Positions 57,519 through 64,000 of a stretch of DNA of 64,000 bases are shown here, piece by piece. The stretch lies in assembly GCA_963618995.1 (NCBI GenBank), contig CAVEUD010000010.1:3330-67329 (forward strand), given 5' to 3'. The notes beneath the pieces were generated by a model. The model was not told the origin of the DNA and searched no databases. It worked only from the letters and a program-made list of their open reading frames with translations. This DNA comes from a bacterium (GTDB lineage: Bacteria; Synergistota; Synergistia; Synergistales; Synergistaceae). Each line of letters begins with the position of its first letter. The stretch's first letter is position 1. A program made the translations under genes and the position numbers.

Positions 57519-58049
57519 ATGAAGAAGTTTGTAGGAATAATGGCGGTGCTTACGGTAATTTTCGGAATCACGGCAATGGCGGCATACGCGGCGCAAATCA
57601 CCGAAGCTCAGGCGAAGGATATAGCGCTCAAGCATGCTGGCGTCTCCGCCCAGCAGGCGAATTTCACAAAGATGAAGCTCGACAGGGACTTCGGCCGCTC
57701 GGAGTACGAGCTTGAGTTCTTTGTCGGAAACGTCGAGTACGACTACGAGATAGACGCGGCTGACGGCACGGTGCGCAAGTTCTCGCGCGAGACCCACGCG
57801 GCGGCCCCGTTCAGTAACGGCGGACAGCAGGGCCAGGCTGCGCAGCCCGGACTGATAGGCGAGCAGAAGGCGATGGAAATAGCCTTGGCGAGAGTGCCGG
57901 GAGCAAAGCCGGAGCACGTGCGCAAGCTTAAGCTGGATTACGACGACGGGATGCAGCTCTACGAGGGAGAGATCTTCTACAACTTCCGCGAATACGAGTT
58001 CGAGATCAACGCAGTGACCGGCGAGATAGTGGGCTGGGAAATAGACTAA
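57519..58049 (+). CDS. Secreted double-PepSY domain protein
   Basis: Signal peptide; two repeats I.E..A..IAL...YE.E....EY..EI.A..G.I/V. Confidence 0.9.
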   Translation: MKKFVGIMAVLTVIFGITAMAAYAAQITEAQAKDIALKHAGVSAQQANFTKMKLDRDFGRSEYELEFFVGNVEYDYEIDAADGTVRKFSRETHAAAPFSNGGQQGQAAQPGLIGEQKAMEIALARVPGAKPEHVRKLKLDYDDGMQLYEGEIFYNFREYEFEINAVTGEIVGWEID

Positions 58050-58139
58050 ACGCATCGAACGTCAGCGGGCCGGCGCGCAGCCGGCCTTTTTTATGCCACG
58101 GCGCAAATTTTCCGAAAAATTTATCCATTTTCCGACGCC

Positions 58140-58171
58140 TTAATGATATTCTAATAGTAGAGGGCTATTCT
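58140..58171 (+). promoter_or_regulatory. OmpR-type direct-repeat box plus -10, copy 2
   Basis: TTAATGATATTCTAATA-9 nt-TATTCT. Confidence 0.7.
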
Positions 58172-58227
58172 TGTTATCGTAACGATTTCCTTAGAAGGGG
58201 ACCGTGGAAGACAAGGAGGCAAGACAA

Positions 58228-58752
58228 TTGAGAAGGTTTATAGCGATAACGGCGGCCCTCGCCGCTGTATTCGGAATAACGGCGATGCCTGTGTACGCGG
58301 AGCCGAAGGTGACGGAAGAACAGGCGGAGCAGACGGCGCTCAACCATGCGGGGCTTACGCCGGAACAGGCGCAGTTCAAGACGATTAAATACGACGGCGA
58401 AGAGGGGCGCGGCGGCGAATACAAGCTGCGTTTCTACGCCGGTAACGAAGAATTCAAATACGAAATAGACGCGCAAACGGGCGGCATAATGAGCTGTTCG
58501 CAGGACATGGGGCTCAACGCCGAACTCTACGGCGGACGGCAGCCTGACATCGGCGGGCAGAAAATCGTAGATATAGCGCTCGCACGAGTCCCCGGCGCGA
58601 AGCAGAGCGACGTGAAGAAGCTCGAGCTCGACCGCGACGCCAAGAGAGGCGCTTCGCAGTACGAAGTTAAAATATTCTGCGACAAAACGGATTACAAATT
58701 CGAGATAGACGCCCAGAGCGGCGAAATTCTATCCTTGGAAATAGAGTACTAG
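58228..58752 (+). CDS. Secreted double-PepSY domain protein, paralog
   Basis: TTG start behind AAGGAGG; shares FGITAM, IALARVPGAK and EIDA..G with the upstream gene. Confidence 0.85.
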   Translation: MRRFIAITAALAAVFGITAMPVYAEPKVTEEQAEQTALNHAGLTPEQAQFKTIKYDGEEGRGGEYKLRFYAGNEEFKYEIDAQTGGIMSCSQDMGLNAELYGGRQPDIGGQKIVDIALARVPGAKQSDVKKLELDRDAKRGASQYEVKIFCDKTDYKFEIDAQSGEILSLEIEY

Positions 58753-58838
58753 CAGCGAAACTTCGCCGGTGAAATAAAACCGTTGGGATCGCCCGCAAAG
58801 CGGCCTCCCTGCCTTGTGTTTTTGGAAGGGGCGTATAA

Positions 58839-59513
58839 ATGAGGATACTTGTCGCAGAAGACGAAAAAGACCTGAACAGGCTCATAGCGGAAGCGCTCGA
58901 AGAGGCCGGCTGCAGCGTAGACCGCTGTTACGACGGCGGCGAGGCGCTCGACTTCATAGGCTGCGCCGAATACGACGCCGCCGTGCTCGACATACTGATG
59001 CCCGTCAAAAGCGGACGCGAAATCGTGCGCGAAATGCGAGGGCGCGGACTTTCGACGCCTGTGCTTTTCCTGACCGCGCTCGACGGTATAGACGACCGAG
59101 TCGCGGGGCTCGACGACGGGGCCGACGACTATCTCGTCAAGCCCTTCGCCTTCCCGGAGCTGTTGGCGCGGCTGCGCGCCATCACGCGCAAATATTCGCA
59201 GGTGAAGAGCGCGGTGCTGACCGTCGCCGATCTGACGCTCGACACCGCCGCACACAAGGCTGAGCGCGGCGGGCATGAAATAAAGCTCTCGGCGAAAGAA
59301 TTTGCAATACTTGAATACCTAATGCGGAACAAAGGCGCGACGCTTTCGCGCGACAAAATAGAGAACAACGCATGGAACTACGGCTATGAAGGCGGTTCCA
59401 ACGTCGTCGACGTATATATAAGCTACCTCCGCCGCAAGATAGACGACGGCTTCGATCAGAAACTCATCCGCACAGTCCGCGGCGCGGGCTGGATGATAAA
59501 GGAGTCGGAATAA
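58839..59513 (+). CDS. OmpR-family response regulator
   Basis: AEDE, LDILMP, FLTA, GADDYLVKPF, SNVVDVYISYLRRKID, TVRGAG. Confidence 0.95.
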   Translation: MRILVAEDEKDLNRLIAEALEEAGCSVDRCYDGGEALDFIGCAEYDAAVLDILMPVKSGREIVREMRGRGLSTPVLFLTALDGIDDRVAGLDDGADDYLVKPFAFPELLARLRAITRKYSQVKSAVLTVADLTLDTAAHKAERGGHEIKLSAKEFAILEYLMRNKGATLSRDKIENNAWNYGYEGGSNVVDVYISYLRRKIDDGFDQKLIRTVRGAGWMIKESE

Positions 59514-60866
59514 ATGCCGCTCCGCCTCTCCGTCAAAGCGCGCGTCACCGCGTGGTTCACAGTGTTCATGCTCATAGTCACGGCAGGCGCGTTCGCCGTA
59601 GTCATAACGCTCGGCGGCTCGCTCTTTGAAACGTCGGCGAAGGAAAGCCTCGCGCGCGCCGTCAACAGAAACTCAGAGTACGTCGAATATGACGACGACG
59701 GAGAGCCGGTCTTCGAAATGGACGAGGAATTTGAACCGTATTCCCTCGGCACATACAGCCTCGTCTACACGCGCGGCGGCACGATAATATCCGGCGCGCT
59801 GCCCGGCGGCTTTCCCGAAAATCTGCCGCTCGCTGAAGGCCCGCCGCGCATCGTCGAATACGGAGAGCGTCGCTTCTATATCTACGACAGAACCGCGGAC
59901 CATGGGCGGCTCTGGGTACGCGGCATAAAGCTTGCTGACGGCGGCGAAGGTCTGCTCGAAGAAATGACGCAATTCGCTTTCTTCATGCTCCCGTTCCTCG
60001 TCGTCATCAGCGCCTCCGGCGGCTACTTCATAGTGCGCCGCGCCTTCCGCCCAATAGACCGCATGATAGCCGCAGCCGATGCTATAAACGAAGGCAGCGA
60101 CCTCTCCGCTCGCATCGGCCTGCCGCCGAAAGACGACGAAATACACAAAATAGCGGCGGCCGTCGACAGGATGCTCGCGCGCCTCGAAAGTTCCTTCGAG
60201 GCTGAAAAGCAGTTCGCCTCGGACGCCTCTCACGAGCTGCGCACGCCGACCGCCGTCATCCTCGCGCAGTGCGCAGCGCTTGAAAAAGCTGGGGTGACCG
60301 AAAAAGACTACAGAAACGGAATATCGTCGATAAACCGCCAGGCGCAAAAAATATCGCGGCTCATCAGCCAGCTTCTCAACATCACGCGTCTTGAGCAGGG
60401 CACGGTCAAGGCGCAGTTCGAGCGCGCCGACCTGAGCGAACTCGCCGCCGTCGTGTGCCGCGAAATGTCCGCGCTGCGCCCGGACGCGGAACTGACGCAG
60501 GAAATAGAGAAAGCGATATACGCCGAGATAGACGTAGCGCTCATGTCGCGCCTCATAGAAAACTTCATCGAAAACGCATTCAAATACGGCGGCGGTAAAG
60601 TCCGCGTGACACTGTGCCGTGAAGGCAAAAATATAAAACTGGCAGTCGGCGACAACGGCCCCGGCATAACGCCCGAAGAGCTGCCTAAAATCTGGCGGCG
60701 CTTCTACCGCGCCGACAAGTCGCGCTCAAGCGGCGGCCTGGGTCTCGGCCTCTCGCTGGTCAAACAAATCGCAGACCTGCACAACGCGCGCGTCACTGCG
60801 GAAAGTTTCCCCGGCAAAGGCAGCGTCTTCATTCTGACTCTGCCGGACGGCGGCGCGCGGAATTAA
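59514..60866 (+). CDS. HAMP-domain sensor histidine kinase
   Basis: Two TMs, HAMP, ASHELRTP, ENAFKY, DNGPGI, RFYRAD, GLGLGL. Confidence 0.95.
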   Translation: MPLRLSVKARVTAWFTVFMLIVTAGAFAVVITLGGSLFETSAKESLARAVNRNSEYVEYDDDGEPVFEMDEEFEPYSLGTYSLVYTRGGTIISGALPGGFPENLPLAEGPPRIVEYGERRFYIYDRTADHGRLWVRGIKLADGGEGLLEEMTQFAFFMLPFLVVISASGGYFIVRRAFRPIDRMIAAADAINEGSDLSARIGLPPKDDEIHKIAAAVDRMLARLESSFEAEKQFASDASHELRTPTAVILAQCAALEKAGVTEKDYRNGISSINRQAQKISRLISQLLNITRLEQGTVKAQFERADLSELAAVVCREMSALRPDAELTQEIEKAIYAEIDVALMSRLIENFIENAFKYGGGKVRVTLCREGKNIKLAVGDNGPGITPEELPKIWRRFYRADKSRSSGGLGLGLSLVKQIADLHNARVTAESFPGKGSVFILTLPDGGARN

Positions 60867-61039
60867 AGCCGGACGGACAAAAAACCGCGCCGCCCCAAAC
60901 GGCGCGAAAGAATCGCGCAAGGGCGGCGGACGGGACGTTTCCGTCCGCCGCCTGTATCGTATTCGGATATAAACCGCCGCACCGTCGGAAACCGGCCGCA
61001 GCCGGACGCACAGAAGCAAGTGGCCGCCGTAATAAAACG

Positions 61040-61376
61040 CGCGAAATCACCGCTTGCGAAACGGCGGCCGCCGCGGCGAGCACCTGCGCGAGGTCGGCGC
61101 TTCCGTCGCCGGTCGGCGGCGTGCCTACGGCTATGAAGCAGAGCGCCGCGTCTTTGAGCGCCGCGTCCATTTCTGTCGTGAAGGAAAGCCGCCCGCAGTT
61201 AAGATTGCGGCGCAGCATTTCGCCAGCCCCGGTTCGTATATCGGGCATTCCCCGTTTTTGAGTTTTTCGACGCGTCCGGCGTCTATGTCCATGCAGCGGA
61301 CTTCGTGCCCTTTTTCCGCGAAGCAGGTTCCGGTGACGAGGCCGACGTAGCCCGTGCCGACGACGCATATTTTCAT
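61040..61376 (-). pseudogene. ugd: UDP-glucose 6-dehydrogenase, frameshifted and truncated
   Basis: [16 protein letters not shown]...PIYEPGL, frameshift near 61223, then FIAVGTP...GSADL; the rest is missing. Confidence 0.85.
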
Positions 61377-61386
61377 TGTTTCCACC

Positions 61387-61758
61387 TCAGTTTCTGGATA
61401 GTATCGAAATCCCCGCAAGTACCAGAAGCATCGCGCTTATTCTCGCGGGCGTAAGTCTTTCGTTGAACATCGCGAAGCTTATTACGGCGAGCAGAAGGTA
61501 GACTATAGCGGACATCATGGGGTAGGCGAAGGTCAGATCTGCGCGCGAGAGCGCCCCCGCCATGAAGAAGAAGGAGACGCCGAAGAGCGTAAGTCCGGCG
61601 AGCGTCCACGGGTCGAGCGCGATTCGCATGACGGCGTGGAGGATTCCGCCCGAGAGCATGGAGCAGTCGCCGCCGTAAGCGTGCTTCATTACCGTGCTCG
61701 CAAGCGCGTTGGTGACTGCGGAGGCGATTATCAGCAGGATTGTGGTTTTGTCTGTCAT
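61387..61758 (-). CDS. SMR/EamA small membrane protein (ArnE/ArnF-like flippase subunit)
   Basis: 123 aa, about 4 [18 protein letters not shown]; located in the arn locus. Confidence 0.75.
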   Translation of the reverse strand: MTDKTTILLIIASAVTNALASTVMKHAYGGDCSMLSGGILHAVMRIALDPWTLAGLTLFGVSFFFMAGALSRADLTFAYPMMSAIVYLLLAVISFAMFNERLTPARISAMLLVLAGISILSRN

Positions 61759-61777
61759 TTTGAGCGCGCTTCCTTCG

Positions 61778-62655
61778 CTACAGCTCGACGGCGAGCGTTC
61801 CGGCGCGTCCGCGGATTTTGCCCTCGGCAAGCGCTTTGTCGGGCGCGGGCGCTTTTTCGGCGTATTCTGCGAGGGTCATGAACTCCGTGCCTATCGACTC
61901 TGCGATGTCCAAGAAATTTTTAAATACTGAAATTTTGGAAATTCCTTCCATTTCGGCGTGTATCGTGAGCACGTTCCAGTCGCCGTTCATCGCTTCTATC
62001 CAGCGTTTCGGCAGAGTCTCGTCGTCTATCCCGGGCAGGCCGAGCACTTCGTCCATAGTCGGCAGCGTCGTCGGTATCTGCGGTACGGCGTAGCGTTTTT
62101 TGTCGAATACGGGCGTGGAGGGAGCATATCCGCGCGCGTCGCTCGCGTAAGAAAGCCCCAGCTCTTCCTCGGCTTCCAGCACGGCGCGAGCGACCTGCCA
62201 GCGGGGGCCGCTATCGAGCGCGGCTCGCGACCGCAGAGCTTTACGAAAAGTTCGCGCGCGCGTCCGTAGAGCGACAAATATTCCTTTTTCGAGATTTTTG
62301 CGAGTTTGTCCTGAACGTAGACGCGGTCCCATGCGTGTACGCCTACGTCGTGGCCTTCGCACGCGGCGCGCCTGACGATGCAGGGCGCCGCGGGGACTAT
62401 GAGCGGCGCGGGCATCAGAGTGCCGTACATCAGCGTGCGCAGGCCGTAAGTCGACGGGGCTTTCGTGCGCAGCATCTTCGAGACGAAGCCCGGGCGTAAG
62501 ACGCGGCGTATCTCGCGCCCAGAGTTGTCCGGGCCGAAGGAGAAGAATATGCTCGCGCGCAGCCCGCGCTTTTTGAAGAGGTCGAGCAGCGGCGGGACGC
62601 CGCGTATGTAGCCGCGCAGCGTGTCCACGTCGAGCTTTATCGCGAGCTTCGTCAT
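61778..62655 (-). pseudogene. arnD: ArnD-type deformylase / polysaccharide deacetylase, frameshift near 62202
   Basis: KLDVDT.RG...GVP.L, FFSFGPDNSGR, LMYGTL.P.P, GVHAWD, AAP/frameshift/WQ, YASD.RG, QIPTTLPT.DE, TIHAE.EG. Confidence 0.85.
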
Positions 62656-62656
62656 T

Positions 62657-63047
62657 TCACGCCGCCTCTTTCTCTGCGACATAGGAGAGCGTGCGGCGCA
62701 GCAGCCCGCGCATATCGGTCTTCGGTTTCCAACCTAACCGGCGCTCCATCTTCTCGACGGAGGGGGCGCGGTACTGCATGTCGTCGTAGTTCGCGCCGTA
62801 ATATTCCTCGCCTGGGACGGAGATGAGCCGCGCCGCTTCCGCCGCCGCGCGGAATTGCGGAATTTTCTTCGCTTCGTCGATCAGCAGCTCCGCCGTCTCG
62901 CGCACGGAGCAGTTGTTGGCGGGGTTGCCGATGTTGAATATTTCGCCGTCCGCGCGCCCTTTTTCGCTGCGTATGACGGAGAGCAGCCCTTCCACGCCGT
63001 CGCCTATCCACGTGAAGCAGCGGCGTTGGCTTCCGCCGTCGACCAAA
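62657..63047 (-). pseudogene. arnA: C-terminal fragment of ArnA-type UDP-glucuronate decarboxylase
   Basis: LVDGGSQRRCFT.I.DG.E.L...GEIFNIGNP.N..S..E.A..L...YYG..Y.D...R.PS is the ArnA C-terminus. Confidence 0.85.
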
Positions 63048-63504
63048 GAGTCAGGAAGAAAGTCAGCGGCATATCCGTAATATTTATCGTCCCGATCGCG
63101 AAATAGAGCAGCGAAGTCGTCGTCACAGCCCCCGCGATGAAGCCCGCGCACCGCCCGTAAAGCGACGCTTCAAAGACCGCCGTTGTCGCGGCGCCTGCGA
63201 GCGCGCAAAGCGCCGGGAAAAGCCTTGCCGCAAACTCGTTTTGCCCGAAAATCGCAAAATTTGCCGCGTTCGCCCAGTAGAGCAGAGCCGGCTTCTCGAA
63301 GTACTTCACGTAATTCAGCCGCGGCGTCACAAAATCGCCGGACTCGACCATCTCGCGCGGGATTTCCGCATAGCGCCCCTCGTCGGGTTCCATCAGCGGG
63401 TAAGCGCCGATTGGAACGAGATAGAGCAGAACTGCCGCCGCCGCAATAACGAAGAACCTAACGCCGCGCAAAGAATCTGAGGAGAATTTGTCAAAAGCCA
63501 GCAT
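63048..63504 (-). pseudogene. arnT: N-terminal fragment of ArnT-type glycosyltransferase (GT83/PMT family)
   Basis: PDEGRYAEIPREM..SGD..TPRLN...YFEKP.L.YW, FAARL, DM..TFF; stops after about 150 codons where arnA sequence begins. Confidence 0.85.
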
Positions 63505-63763
63505 ACTTTAAATATAGAAATATAATGAACCGCGCTGTAAATCCGACGCCACTCCGCCGCATACGCACGAAAGCCAAGACTCCGCCGTAAAGCCGGTCAG
63601 ACGCCTGCTCCACGCGCTCCGAAGCGGCATCCGGCGCCGTTGAGAGCCGCAGTGTATAGAAATTTATAACCGCTGAATTCCGCGGCCGCCGCCAAAGCGC
63701 CGCCTGTACCGGCAATGCGCTATGGGCGTCATAAATTCGCCTTTATGGCGGAAACAGCCCTCT

Positions 63764-63859
63764 CGTCATGCCGGGCCGGACGCGGCATCCGGCATCTCTA
63801 AACGCCACTAAGTTAAAAGGGCATAGCCGCTCAACGCCGCACCGGGGCGCGGCATGACG
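63764..63859. repeat. 96-bp CGTC-tagged double-hairpin (REP/MITE-like) element, copy 2 (inverted)
   Basis: CGTCATGCCG...ACGCGGCATCCGGC...AGCCGCT...GCGCGGCATGACG aligns end to end with the reverse complement of 7802-7897. Confidence 0.75.
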
Positions 63860-64000
63860 GGACGGCTGCCATTCGGTGAAGCCGGTCTGCAACAACGGCG
63901 CGGAGTTTATGCTTCTATAAGAGTTAATCGGGGATATCGGATGCGCGGGTGCGGAGGGCGGTTTGATGATTTGCGCGTATGCCGTCATGTTAGAACATTG

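Overview
This is a GC-rich chromosomal window, most likely from a Synergistaceae bacterium; the inference rests on a Synergist-CTERM-type sorting tail at ~37.1-37.2 kb. All annotations come from motif recognition by eye, with no database searches. It carries housekeeping and transport genes (trpS, mscL, HIT, YigZ, two MATEs, a chrA pair, a Pst-like ABC transporter, a PepSY/two-component locus). Uncharacterised metabolic cassettes are tandem PPDK-like dikinases, YedE/TusA, PucR-DUF5058-M20, TetR-SSS-amidohydrolase-SDR, a double-cubane reductase with activase, and GntR-GntP-split UxaA-LarA homolog. Downstream of tRNA-Arg(CCT) lies a cobamide island: three cobalamin riboswitches (two apparently without a real gene), a BtuB-like receptor, a Synergist-CTERM-anchored beta-rich surface protein, BtuF/D/C, CbiR and ExbB/ExbD/TonB. 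Decay is common (IS256 and IS5 relics, gspG and ABC-ATPase fragments, a collapsed arn operon). The best leads are the cobamide capture/remodelling island and its riboswitch array, 20-bp palindromes inserted (once nested) in an IS256 relic, a possible CxxU UGA-readthrough leader before yedE, the tandem dikinases, and a dispersed 96-bp CGTC-tagged element.
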